A stretch of DNA of 64,000 bases. Source: Candidatus Bathyarchaeota archaeon (lineage in GTDB: Archaea; Thermoproteota; Bathyarchaeia; 40CM-2-53-6). The stretch is from the NCBI GenBank assembly GCA_963780265.1, contig CAWABQ010000028.1, forward strand, positions 135,491 through 199,490, written 5' to 3'. Within the stretch, counting starts at the first letter, position 1. Every line of letters starts with the position of its first letter. Shown here piece after piece: positions 1 through 9,352 of the stretch. The position numbers and the translations under genes are program-made. Below the pieces are notes generated by a model. That model saw only the letters and a list, made by a program, of their open reading frames with translations. It was not told the origin of the DNA and ran no database searches.

Positions 1-750
1 GGCGAAGGGCTGATCGACCTTATCCCTACGTTCTTGGGCGCGCATGCGGTTCCACCCGAATTCCAAGGAAAAACCCGCGAGTACGTCGGCGTCATCTGTG
101 AAGAATGGATACCAGAAATTGCGAAAAACCAACTCGCCTCATTCTGCGACGTTTTCTGTGAGAAGGACGTTTTCGAGATAGAGGATTCGCGAAGAATTCT
201 ATTGGCGGGAAAACGAGCGGGACTATTACCGAGAATTCATGCAGACGAATTCTACCCTCTCGGCGGCGCAGAACTTGCAGCTGAAGTAGGTGCAGTCTCT
301 GCTGACCACTTACTCCACGCTTCCGCAGCCGGACTGGCGCAGATGAGAAAGTGTGGTGTCATTGCAACACTCTTGCCAGCTGCACCGCTAACGTTGATGT
401 TGGACAAGTATGCTGACGCCCGGCGAATGATCTCCGAAGGACTCGCTGTAGCCCTTGGGAGCGACCTCAGCCCGAGCTGTTGGCTTGAGAACCATCAATT
501 GGTTCTCGCACTCGCCTGCTACAAGCTGAAAATGACTCCGGCGGAGGCGCTTACCGCGGCCACAATAAACGCAGCTCATTCAATCCGAAAGGCGAATGAA
601 ATCGGGAGCATCGAAGCGGGAAAGAAGGCGGACATTTTGGTTCTGAGTGCGCCTGATTACCGATTTCTCGCCTACCGCCTAGGTTTGAACATGGTTGACA
701 CGGTTGTAAAGAATGGGAAAATCGCTGCAAGAAACGGCCGCCTGACTTGA
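1..750 (+). CDS. hutI: imidazolonepropionase (HutI), 5'-truncated by window edge
   Basis: Frame 1 is open from nt 1 (GEGLIDLIPTFLGAHAVPPEF). Amidohydrolase-type motifs (RIHADE, GSDLSP, EAGKKADILV) are typical of HutI. It lies directly upstream of hutU. Confidence 0.9.
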   Translation, partial: GEGLIDLIPTFLGAHAVPPEFQGKTREYVGVICEEWIPEIAKNQLASFCDVFCEKDVFEIEDSRRILLAGKRAGLLPRIHADEFYPLGGAELAAEVGAVSADHLLHASAAGLAQMRKCGVIATLLPAAPLTLMLDKYADARRMISEGLAVALGSDLSPSCWLENHQLVLALACYKLKMTPAEALTAATINAAHSIRKANEIGSIEAGKKADILVLSAPDYRFLAYRLGLNMVDTVVKNGKIAARNGRLT

Positions 751-788
751 TGTTGCTGAAAGTTAAAATCGGCTAACAAACGAGTACT

Positions 789-2458
789 ATGCGACGAGAT
801 TTGCTAAAATTGAAGCCGTCGGTTGCGGCCGTTGCGGGTACGAAGCTGCACTGCAAGAATTGGCAGATCGAAGGCGCCTACAGGATGATTCATAATGTTC
901 TCGACCCGGAAGTTGCCAAGGACCCTGACAACCTTATCGTCTACGGCGGAACTGGTAGGGCTGCACGCTCCTGGGAATGCTTTGAGAAGATCACTCAAAC
1001 ACTTCAGGGGCTGGAAACGAACGAAACGCTGTTGATTCAGAGCGGTAAGCCAGTTGCAGTGTTTGAAACCCATGAGTGGGCTCCGCGCGTTCTAATATCC
1101 AATGCGATGCTCGTGCCGAAGTGGGCTACTTGGGACTACTTCCACGAGTTGGAACAGAAAGGCCTGATAATGTATGGGCAGATGACTGCCGGATCCTGGG
1201 CGTACATAGGAACGCAAGGAATCCTGCAGGGCACTTATGAAACATTGGTCTCGGTGGCGAAGAAGCATTTCGACGGCTCTCTCAAAGGACGCTTTGTCCT
1301 CACTGCGGGGCTTGGGGAGATGGGGGGAGCGCAGCCCTTAGCTGTGACAATGAACGATGGCATCGCCCTGGTTGTCGAAGTCAGCAAAGCCGCGATTGAT
1401 CGGCGGCTCAAGCATGGGTTCCTGGAGAAATGGACTGATGACCTCGACGAAGCAATACAACTGGTGAAGGCTGCGAAGGAGTCCAAGAAAAGCTTGAGTG
1501 TTGGATTACTAGGTAATGCAGCTGACGTTCTTCCGGAGTTGGCGAAGCGTGGGATCATTCCCGATATTGTTACGGATCAGACTTCGGCCCATGACCCTCT
1601 GAACGGATACTACCCCGCCGGCTTGAGTAAGGAAGAGGCTGATGAACTTCGGAAAGCTGATCCTGAAGAGTACCTTCGGAAGGCTAAGGAGAGCATGAAG
1701 CTGCATGTGAAAGCAATGGTCGAGATGATGCGGCGGGGTGCTATTACTTTCGAGTATGGCAACAACATAAGGCAGCAAGCCTTCGATGCCGGTTTCGAGG
1801 AAGCGTTTGCTTTCTCAGGGTTCGTTCCCGAATACATTCGCCCTATGTTCTGTGAAGGGCGAGGCCCCTTCCGTTGGACTTCTCTAGTAGGTGAAGAGGA
1901 GGACATCTTCACAATTGATGAGATGCTCAAGAGAGAGTTCGGCTACAACACGGACCTTGTAAGATGGATCGATAAGGCACGTAGCCAAGTGAAGTTCCAA
2001 GGGCTACCCGCTAGAGTCTGCTGGTTGGGATATGGGGAACGAGCTAAGTTTGGTAAGATCGTTAACGATATGGTCGCCGCAGGGAAGCTATCTGGCCCAA
2101 TCTGGGTTGGGCGAGACCATTTGGATACTGGCAGTGTCGCATCCCGCGAAGGGAGACTGAGAACATGAAGGACGGGTCGGATGCGGTGGCTGACTGGCCC
2201 ATACTGAACGCGTTGCTTAACGCAGTTGCGGGCGCATCATGGGTTTCCGTCCACCACGGCGGCGGCGTCGGCATTGGCTACAGCATCCACGCAGGCATGT
2301 GCCTCGTCCTGGATGGAACGAAGGAAATTGAGAAGCGTGCTGAGCGTGTTCTCACAACCGACCCTGGTCTAGGCGTCGTGAGACATGCCGACGCGGGATA
2401 CGATGCGGCAATCAAGGTTGCAAGAGAGAAAAAAATCAAGATGCCAATGCTAAAGTGA
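789..2458 (+). CDS. hutU: urocanate hydratase (HutU), interrupted by a 1-nt frameshift
   Basis: ORFs 789..2168 and 2165..2458 together give a full-length urocanase ([42 protein letters not shown]). The frames join if one G is added to the GGG run at 2151..2153 ([17 protein letters not shown]). Confidence 0.9.
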
Positions 2459-2469
2459 AGCTGCCCCTG

Positions 2470-3090
2470 TCAAGCTGAATAACCGTAGCTGACACTGTAG
2501 CCTCCTGTCTCGCGCTCAGCTGAGAAGACTAAGCCGAGTACGAGGCCACCGATTAGGCCGAACAGGTGTGCGAAGATGTTCACACCTGGCAACAGGCTGC
2601 TTTGAAGAAATAGTATAACGGCGTAGATCAAGGCGAAACCCATGTGTTGCGCTTTCCTTGCTACAGCTACATACGAACCTACGAGACCGAAGATGGCGCC
2701 CGAAGCTCCTCCTGAAACGGTTGCAGCAGGTAGCAAGACCAATGACATGACGCTCCCGAGGAGCCCGGAAGCAAAATAAATTGTTAGAAATTTCGGAGTC
2801 GTGAATGCGTTTTCGTTAAGCCGCCCGAAATAATACAACGCAAACATATTGAAAATCAGGTGAGTGAATCCAAAGTGAACAAACATTGAAGTGAACAACT
2901 GCCAATAGGCGCCCGCTAACACCAAGTCGTTCTCTTGCGCCAAAAGCTGACAGGCGGAAGATGTACAGTCCCCCGCGTCCCCGCTGATCAACATCGCTAT
3001 GAAAACCAGAACGTTCATGATTATCAGGACAAATACCGGTGAGGAGAGGAAACTCCCCTGCCTCCCGTAACCGTAACGACCGAAATTCAA
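2470..3090 (-). CDS. rhomboid family intramembrane serine protease
   Basis: Multi-TM protein with rhomboid signatures: WQLFTSMFVHFGFTHLIFNM, GASGAIFG (catalytic Ser) and AHLFGLIGG (catalytic His). Confidence 0.85.
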   Translation of the reverse strand: MNFGRYGYGRQGSFLSSPVFVLIIMNVLVFIAMLISGDAGDCTSSACQLLAQENDLVLAGAYWQLFTSMFVHFGFTHLIFNMFALYYFGRLNENAFTTPKFLTIYFASGLLGSVMSLVLLPAATVSGGASGAIFGLVGSYVAVARKAQHMGFALIYAVILFLQSSLLPGVNIFAHLFGLIGGLVLGLVFSAERETGGYSVSYGYSA

Positions 3091-3186
3091 GGTCGGACTC
3101 GATTGATTTCACACCTTATTTAAGTGAATTTTCAGACGCAACTAAATGCGAAACATTTCTGTACTGCAAGCACCGTGAGAATCATT

Positions 3187-3492
3187 GGGTTGGTGAGTTG
3201 GCGAGCGACTCCGGGCCCTATGCGTGATGGGCTTGAGGAAACTCCATCCACATGGCGGTCGCGTGGCACTGTGAGGTGCCGGCCGAGAGGCTGGGTTAAG
3301 GCGCAGAAAAATACCTCCGCCATCCGCGACTGTGATGCGCTTGCGTTGAGGAGGTTGGCGGTAAGGGTGAAATGCCTACACACGCTGTGAAAGGGATAAT
3401 AGGCGCCCGTGAGAACCGCCCAAGGCGCGGGTATCCCGATTAGATGAATGTCGCCTAAAACAGAAGGTGGGTTACGGCCAACACACCAACCC
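3187..3492 (+). ncRNA. rnpB: RNase P RNA (archaeal type A-like)
   Basis: Conserved RNase P RNA blocks are present: GAGGAAACUCC (~3235), GGUAAGGGUGAAA (~3360), UUAGAUGAAUG and ACAGAAGGUGGGUUAC (~3440..3476), close to E. coli M1 CCUAGAUGAAUGACU...ACAGAACCCGGCUUA. The 5' GGGUUGGUG/GUUGGC can pair with the 3' GGCCAAC/CACCAACCC (P1/P2). The only ORF here is an antisense read-through. Confidence 0.85.
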
Positions 3493-3500
3493 GTTTCATT
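3440..3500 (+). repeat. attL: 61-bp direct repeat covering the last ~53 nt of the RNase P RNA gene
   Basis: TTAGATGAATGTCGCCTAAAACAGAAGGTGGGTTACGGCCAACACACCAACCCGTTTCATT is identical (61/61) to 19122..19182. Confidence 0.9.
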
Positions 3501-3701
3501 ATCTTCTCTATTTTCTAAATCTGGCTTGTTTCCAGTTGATTGCATTTCTATTTGAACAATGTCGTTCTGTACGTGCATGTACGTACGTTTTCCGATGGAG
3601 TCAGCAATTGATTGCTCTGTTAGCCTGCTCATATTAATTCCAAGAGACTTTGCTTGCTGAACCAAATCGCGGTCCACACGAAACGTAAGCTTCTGTCTCA
3701 T
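3440..3701 (-). CDS. integrase N-terminal fragment Int(N) of a partitioned SSV-type integrase
   Basis: ATG at 3701, then 66 codons (MRQKLTFRVDRDLVQQAKSLGINMSRLTEQ, RHH-like), then 21 codons encoded by att (NETGWCVGRNPPSVLGDIHL). The rest of the 189-aa ORF (3132..3439) is antisense to RNase P RNA and is not considered coding. Confidence 0.6.
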
Positions 3702-3895
3702 TGAACCTTGACCGCCTTGTATACGTGTCCTTTGCCGTTATGCTTCTGGACGACTGCCAAGAACTTCTTTGCCAATTCCTCATCTTCCGTAAAATAACAA
3801 CTGCGCGTAGAAAACTTCAAGTCTTTGCCAAACTGGTCGGAAAAGAGAAAAAAGGACGACAAAAGGGCGACGAAAAGAAGAGAAAAGGCTGACAA
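3698..3895 (-). CDS. hypothetical small protein upstream of Int(N)
   Basis: 65-aa ORF whose stop overlaps the Int(N) ATG (ATGA). No recognisable motif. Confidence 0.3.
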   Translation of the reverse strand: MSAFSLLFVALLSSFFLFSDQFGKDLKFSTRSCYFTEDEELAKKFLAVVQKHNGKGHVYKAVKVQ

Positions 3896-3952
3896 TTTGC
3901 CAGTAGCAATAAATGATAGGCGACGCCAATTTCCTCGTCAGGAAGAGAGAAC

Positions 3953-4255
3953 ATGCCTGACTTTGCTTTCGTCTATAACTTGAATTCTGTTTTGCTCTAT
4001 TTGCTATGTGGCGGCCTCTACTTGGTATTGCGGAAGCGCCGTCGCTTAGATGACTTCAACATACGAGATTTCACAACAATTGAAGGCTTGTTCTTTCTCA
4101 TTGTATTCGGGTTGATGCAGGCTTACGGTCTTTCGGAGGTTCAAAATTCGCTAGCAACCTACGGGTTGTCCCTTTTTAGGCTAAGAACATCTGCGGTATT
4201 CTTTTTGGGTATTCTTGGCTTAGGCCACTTGGGTAAAAGCTACAATCGTAGCTGA
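3953..4255 (+). CDS. hypothetical small membrane protein
   Basis: 100-aa ORF with about 3 hydrophobic helices (VLLYLLCGGLYLVL, FFLIVFGLMQAYGL, AVFFLGILGLGHLG). Confidence 0.5.
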   Translation: MPDFAFVYNLNSVLLYLLCGGLYLVLRKRRRLDDFNIRDFTTIEGLFFLIVFGLMQAYGLSEVQNSLATYGLSLFRLRTSAVFFLGILGLGHLGKSYNRS

Positions 4256-4280
4256 CTCGAAAGGCGCTTGGCGAATTTAG

Positions 4281-4465
4281 CGTAATCGAACCAAAAAACA
4301 CTAAACAAGAGCCTATCGGACAGAAGATACGCCTTTCAGGAGAGAGTTCCAATTCAGGAATCTTTGCTTAGAGAAACGAAGTAAGCTCTCTGGTGTTACC
4401 AGCATCTCACTGTACCAGTTACACCATCCGTTATTCTTGGTTGAGACACCAATATCAAGAGAGAA
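4281..4465 (+). repeat. decayed IS (transposase 3' half) fragment, copy A
   Basis: Starts CGTAATCGAACCAAAAAACA and is alignable with 16628..16800 (GAGCCTATCGGACAGAA, GAGAGAGTTCCAATTCAGGAATCTTTGCTTAGA, GAGACACCAATATCAAG). Confidence 0.5.
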
Positions 4466-4467
4466 AT

Positions 4468-6012
4468 GAGCTATCATTGTCCGCTCTGCGGCCAAATTGT
4501 TACCCTGTTCCAGTACAATAGGATAACTGGCATCTGGAAGGAACGAGAGAAGTTACTCAGCAAGATCAGAGAAGAACGGAAGAAACTAGCTAGAAAGTCC
4601 GCCGGATTTTAGAAAGCGAAGAGCACAACTTGTCCAACAGGCGGTTCGAAAGCAAACTAAACCTTTAGAATCAAAGATAAGATCTCTGAAGCTTTCGCAA
4701 AGACAGCTAGAATCCAGCGCACAACAAGAAATGCGGCAAGCGACACTCCAAGCAAAGAAACTGCAAGGCAAGCTTAGGGAAAAGCTACTCAGAAGAATTG
4801 ATGACCAGAAGACAGCCTACGACCGACGAATCGGAAAAGAGCAGGAGAAGCTCCGAAAAGAATCCCTTAAGCTAAGAAAGCAGAAAGCCCGCCTCGTCCA
4901 ACAAATATCTAAGACGCAAAAGAGAAAATTTGAGACGCAGCTAAATGCGCTTAGACTCAGAGAGGCTCGAATAGAACAACGAACGCATCGAGAAAATACG
5001 CAGAGCTACAGCTTCAGCTCGTGAGAGAGCAAAGAGAATCGCAGCAATTCGCCTAAATTCGCTCAAAAGGGAATTTCGGAATCAAATAAGAAATGAAAGA
5101 GAACGCAACGCACGGGAAGTTGGAATAAAGTACAAGCGTCTGAACAACACGTTCCGATCTACCCTAATCCAAATGAAAGCAAAGACGACTCAGATTAAGG
5201 AACAAACAAGGCAGATAAGAGAACTGGAAAAGCAACTTAGACGACAGACTACCCCTCAGATAGAAGGACTTCTTTCTGAAGACATTCTGCTGAAGGAACT
5301 CAAGAAACGCTTCCCACAAGACAAGTTCCTGCATACGGGAAAGGGTGGAGACATACTGCATGAACTAATGCAAAATGGTCAGCCGGCAGGCTTGATTGTG
5401 TATGAGTGCAAACGAGTGAAACACTACTCAGCGAGTCATGTACAACAAACGTTAGATGCAAAAAAGAAAAGAAAAGCGGATTTTGCTCTCCTGGTAACCA
5501 ACGCGATGAAGAAAGGGACGCAAGGTTTCTTCACGGAGAGAGGAGTAGTGATTGTTCATCCAGCCGGGCTACTTCCGTTTGTAAGTATTCTAAGAGGACA
5601 AATGATGCACATTGCCGAAATGAAACTCGGACAGCGCGAAAGAGACAAGGCGATAAAAATGACATTAGAGTATCTTGAAGGACCACAGTTCGCTAATTCT
5701 ATGGATGCAATAGTTGAAGAGAGTATCAAACTATACCGCGACCTGCTTGATGAAGTTGAGAAACACATCGCCACATGGAAGCGGAGATACAGCTCTTACA
5801 ACAAAGTACACGAAGAAGCGTTATCCGTGAAAGGCACTAGCAAGGCGCTACTGAGCGGAGAACCCGAATACAAACAACAGATTCAAACGGACGCTTTCCC
5901 TGCGCTACCTGACATGCCCGAAGTAGAGAAGACGACCGCAAATCTTGTGGCTGAAAATTTCACCGGACACGCCGATAGAGAAGGTTCTGCGAAGGCGAGG
6001 GCGGTAGGCTAG
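4468..6012 (+). pseudogene. DUF2130-like coiled-coil / PD-(D/E)xK nuclease gene, fragmented by at least 3 frame disruptions
   Basis: Three pieces: N-terminal Zn-ribbon MSYHCPLCGQ (4468..4612, frame 1), K/R/E/Q coiled-coil pieces (frame 3 to 5024), then frame 1 from 4975 to 6012. The last piece carries the DUF2130 core (FPQDKF..GKGGDILHEL..GLIVYECKRVKHYS..ADFALLVTNAMKKG). Confidence 0.6.
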
Positions 6013-6029
6013 AAGGAGTTCTCCCACGC

Positions 6030-6509
6030 TTGGTGACAAGTCATTCCAGCCAACTAACAGGAATCGCTGGAACGTACTATGTTGCTGCAGAGCTGAGTCG
6101 CAGGGGATATTTGGCATATCCCACTTCGAGAAATGTCGGAGAGGTTGACATTCTCACAGCGAATCCCCGCACTGGCAAGTCAGTAAGCATTCAAGTCAAG
6201 TCAACATTGCGAGCTGAGGACAAAACTGGACGCTTGTACTGGATTTTGAACGAGAGAGCGGAAGGACTGAAAGACAGAAACTTATTTTATGTTTTCTTGA
6301 GTCTACAACAACCATCCAATTTCTACGTCGTTCCAAGCCAATCAGTGGCTAATTTCGTCGCAAAATATCACCGCAAATGGTTGAGACGTAAAGGACGACA
6401 TGGTCAAAGACACAAGAACACTAACATGCGGATGTGGTGGGCAGATAAGAGATACATCAACAAATGGGAATTACTCGGACTCGAATCCACTCCTAGTATG
6501 CCACGCTAA
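6030..6509 (+). CDS. hypothetical protein, PD-(D/E)xK nuclease-like N-terminal fold
   Basis: GIAGTYYVAAELSRRGYLAY..GEVDILT..SIQVKS matches the G-x-x-G-E..D-x-D..Q-V-K pattern of restriction-endonuclease-like small proteins. It starts 18 nt after the DUF2130-like gene. Confidence 0.5.
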   Translation: MVTSHSSQLTGIAGTYYVAAELSRRGYLAYPTSRNVGEVDILTANPRTGKSVSIQVKSTLRAEDKTGRLYWILNERAEGLKDRNLFYVFLSLQQPSNFYVVPSQSVANFVAKYHRKWLRRKGRHGQRHKNTNMRMWWADKRYINKWELLGLESTPSMPR

Positions 6510-6597
6510 TGCAACAGGCAACATTGTAACAGAACTTCTGAAGCGCTGCAAATAAGGGAAAGTTGACCGAGCTGCAACCAAATCGAGCAGATAGACA

Positions 6598-7035
6598 CTA
6601 TGGTCGCAAAAGAGGAATCACCCATTGTAACATTAGAAAGAAGACTACAAGAATAATCAGGAATGCAACAAACAAGGCAATCTTAGAGTCTGCGTATCGT
6701 ATCAAGTTCCCCCACTTCTTATCGTAAGTATGCTTTTTGATGTGTTTTTCGAGACTGCGCATGGTAGGAGCGGGGGGTTTAGGCGCATTTATCGCCGATG
6801 TGACAATCTGCCCGCACCAGAAAAAACGCACGATGCAAATTACGATAGCACTTACGATTGCGCTAAGAATGAACGAAAAGCCAAAGCTCGTGTTTGGAGT
6901 ACTAGGCAGTCTGGACCATATATCAACAACAGTCAGAATCGAGAGGACTAAGGTCACGAAATAGATCTTATAGTCCTGCATCAGAGATTTGTAGTATTCC
7001 AGAAGGGCTATTCTCGCCTGAAGCTGATCAGACAT
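6598..7035 (-). CDS. hypothetical membrane protein (3-4 TM)
   Basis: 145-aa ORF with clear TM helices (IYFVTLVLSILTVV, FSFILSAIVSAIVICIV, ALFVAFLIILVVFFLML). Confidence 0.6.
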   Translation of the reverse strand: MSDQLQARIALLEYYKSLMQDYKIYFVTLVLSILTVVDIWSRLPSTPNTSFGFSFILSAIVSAIVICIVRFFWCGQIVTSAINAPKPPAPTMRSLEKHIKKHTYDKKWGNLIRYADSKIALFVAFLIILVVFFLMLQWVIPLLRP

Positions 7036-7195
7036 GGATATTTGCCCTCGCCTACAGGCTAGTGCGAATGAATTAAGATTTGGGCAGATGTGAATGACAA
7101 TCTGTCCACGCCTTCATTTAATGATCCGACCAACTTCATAACTATGACATAGGAATAGAAACCACCGACAGAACAAGAAAACAAAGAAAGGCAAA

Positions 7196-7308
7196 GCGTA
7201 ATCGAACCAAAAAACACTGAGCATAAGGCAAGACAACAGAAAATCCAGAACTCACACAGTAACCAAAAATCATCGAACAAGAGAGCCTATCGGATACAAA
7301 ATAGAGAG
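7196..7308 (+). repeat. two short tandem IS-derived fragments (copies B1, B2)
   Basis: GCGTAATCGAACCAAAAAACAC at 7196 and GTAACCAAAAATCATCGAACAAGAGAGCCTATCGGATACAAAATAG at 7258. Both have the same 5' boundary as copies A and E. Confidence 0.5.
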
Positions 7309-7310
7309 TA

Positions 7311-7472
7311 ATGCATGAGAGATTTGCGGTGCCAAACACAGTAGAATGCCCAAACTGTAAGCAATGGTATCAGTCAAATCAGTCGAACGTCTGTCCATTT
7401 TGCGGCTACAAGGCCGAAGCATATCAGCACGTGAAGGCTGAAGGTTACGGCAATATGGGCGCGAAAGTATAA
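7311..7472 (+). CDS. hypothetical zinc-ribbon mini-protein (53 aa)
   Basis: MHERFAVPNTVECPNCKQWYQSNQSNVCPFCGYKAEAYQHV with CxxC..CxxC. It is below the ORF-track size cut-off and was read directly from the sequence. Confidence 0.35.
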   Translation: MHERFAVPNTVECPNCKQWYQSNQSNVCPFCGYKAEAYQHVKAEGYGNMGAKV

Positions 7473-7516
7473 CCCATCGGTAACTCAGGTAATTTCCCAC
7501 ATCAACCGTAGATTCT

Positions 7517-7999
7517 CTATCCGAGCAATGACGCTAAAGTGAGCATTATTAGCCCTAGACCCAACGGCATCATTGCAATTAGTCTAAAAACATGAGAGTT
7601 CTTGAGCTTGGTATTGGTGAACGGACCTAGAACTGACAAATAGAGTGAATAGACGATCTCAACGGAAAGAACGAGCAAAGTGACTACTCCCAGAATAATG
7701 GTGAAATCGGGGAGGTTCTCCTTTGTGAAAAGCAAGATTACGCCCGCGACAATAATGGAGGAAACAATTGAACAAATCGTCACGCACTTTTCGATAACCT
7801 TCTCCAAGAGTGGAGGACCTTGATTCACCTCGATGCCTCGCCTCGCAAGTCCCAATAGCGATAGAAATGAAATGAACAAGCTTTTGCCTCCGCTGCTCCC
7901 ACCTTGATTGTGATGGAGCCATAACGGAAAACAAAGTGACAGCGCTATGAAGACAATACCAATAAAATAAAGGAGAAATTTAGCAAAAATCAGGTACAA
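7517..7999 (-). CDS. hypothetical membrane protein (4-5 TM)
   Basis: 160-aa ORF that is strongly hydrophobic throughout. Confidence 0.6.
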   Translation of the reverse strand: MYLIFAKFLLYFIGIVFIALSLCFPLWLHHNQGGSSGGKSLFISFLSLLGLARRGIEVNQGPPLLEKVIEKCVTICSIVSSIIVAGVILLFTKENLPDFTIILGVVTLLVLSVEIVYSLYLSVLGPFTNTKLKNSHVFRLIAMMPLGLGLIMLTLASLLG

Positions 8000-8114
8000 G
8001 CGTGTGTCATTCCCTATTTCTCGTAGTGTTTGCCTTCCAGATTATAAGACAATCATAATCAACGTAAACTGATTAGAACGCAAAGGTGATGCGATTTAAA
8101 CATCCGATAAGCAC

Positions 8115-8205
8115 ATAACCAAAAATCATTGGGCAAAGGCCTGAGCAATAGAAAATATGTCCTTGGCGAGAGATTTCAATTCCGGAGTATTTTGCTTAAA
8201 CGGCA
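8115..8205 (+). repeat. IS-derived fragment, copy C
   Basis: ATAACCAAAAATCATTGGGCAAAGG...GAGAGATTTCAATTCCGGAGTATTTTGCTTAAACGG matches 16628..16720. Confidence 0.5.
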
Positions 8206-8382
8206 TATCCGACACATCAGGTTACAGGGCGACTCAACAAAATTAGAAATTAGCGTTTCGATTCAACCAATACGTATGCTATGAACAAGTTAGTCGCGGC
8301 AAAACCAGCCGTGGAATCAGGGTTCGACTTCATTCTTCAGAAAGACGGTTTAGCGTATTTCAGAAAACGAAAATAGCTAAGG

Positions 8383-9075
8383 CTATTTTGTTCCGCGATG
8401 ACGCTTCCAAATCACGAAGATAACGACTCCGCTCACTACAACCAAGAACACAAAGAAGACAACGTAGTTGTTGAAGGTGAACGAGTTCGATGGCAGCAGT
8501 TGACTGGACGCATTAGGTAAGGACGCCAGAGATGAGGTATAGGAAGTAGGTTGGTATGTGGCGGAGGTGAACGTACGAAATACCTGGGACCAACAAGTAA
8601 ATGAAATATTCGTATCCGTTATTCGAGGATTCCAGAAAACAAAGTAGTAGTTGTCAGAATCTGGAACCGTCCAGTCCATTGAGTAAGAAGTAATCCCATT
8701 AGCTGCCACATGTGCACTGGGAGGTACAACTTTGCCGCAGACGCCGCCGCCCTTACTAGTCAACTCTACAGCTTGCAAGCGTTGGAGCTGGCTGCTACTC
8801 AACACCCAGAAGTTTATCGGTTGACTGGCTTGTACCGTACCGAATAATTCTGTTCCAACGTATCCCTCCTCTAGTTGAATATCCGAATAGTAACAGCCGC
8901 TCGAAGTGTAACCGGGCACGTCAAATTGCTGATTCTGGATGGTATTCGTTATCACGTAAGTTGTGACGTAAGATTGCCTAACGCTGGAACCTTGAGAGAT
9001 TGCTGGAATTGTAACTAAAGATAACAACAGGAGAAAACCAACTATGACTTTGCTGGGAATGCGCAAGCTAGACAT
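8383..9075 (-). CDS. secreted, C-terminally membrane-anchored protein
   Basis: N-terminal signal peptide (VIVGFLLLLSLVTIPAISQG), a beta-rich S/T/Y ectodomain, and a C-terminal TM plus basic tail (VVFFVFLVVVSGVVIFVIWKRHRGTK). Confidence 0.65.
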   Translation of the reverse strand: MSSLRIPSKVIVGFLLLLSLVTIPAISQGSSVRQSYVTTYVITNTIQNQQFDVPGYTSSGCYYSDIQLEEGYVGTELFGTVQASQPINFWVLSSSQLQRLQAVELTSKGGGVCGKVVPPSAHVAANGITSYSMDWTVPDSDNYYFVFWNPRITDTNISFTCWSQVFRTFTSATYQPTSYTSSLASLPNASSQLLPSNSFTFNNYVVFFVFLVVVSGVVIFVIWKRHRGTK

Positions 9076-9127
9076 GGACCGTCCCCAAGGGACGAGTTTA
9101 TCCGCTTGTTAGTAGAAAACACTTGTC

Positions 9128-9335
9128 ATGCCATAAGGACTACAATAACTGGCTGACTGTAATCCAAGAAGCGAGCCGGTTGAAAGTCAGAAGAAGTAGA
9201 TCACGGGCAAGTAATGAGAACGCTAGAGAAAGGAGACACGCCAATCTTAACGGGTATGGAGATTTTTCACAACTACGTACGACCACGCATGACACTAGGC
9301 GGACGAACCCCAGCCGAGGCGGCAGGCATCAAGGT
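9128..9335 (+). mobile_element. two abutting remnants of a DDE (rve, IS6-like) transposase C-terminus
   Basis: NNWLTVIQEASR (the end of one copy) is followed by MRTLEKGDTPILTGMEIFHNYVRPRMTLGGRTPAEAAGIKVEG. The x-HNY-x-RPH..L-x-G-x-TPAE signature marks rve-domain transposases. There is no intact catalytic domain. Confidence 0.55.
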
Positions 9336-9352
9336 TGAAGGGTCGAAAGAAT

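Noticed and set aside
2151-2168. Programmed ribosomal frameshifting or recoding in hutU (and similarly in guaB, etfB and others)
   Set aside because: The same kind of 1-nt deficit at short homopolymers hits many unrelated genes, with no slippery-site or structure context. Sequencing error is more parsimonious.
3132-3439. C-terminal two thirds of the 189-aa ORF 3132..3701
   Set aside because: This part is the antisense strand of the RNase P RNA gene. The ORF is a read-through of Int(N) across att into the host RNA gene, not a genuine coding region.
3590-3701. The N-terminus MRQKLTFRVDRDLVQQAKSLGINMSRLTEQ looks like a CcdA/RHH-type antitoxin, which raised the possibility of a toxin-antitoxin pair
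   Set aside because: No toxin partner is adjacent, and the ORF continues in frame through att into the integrase body. It is interpreted as the DNA-binding N-domain of the integrase.
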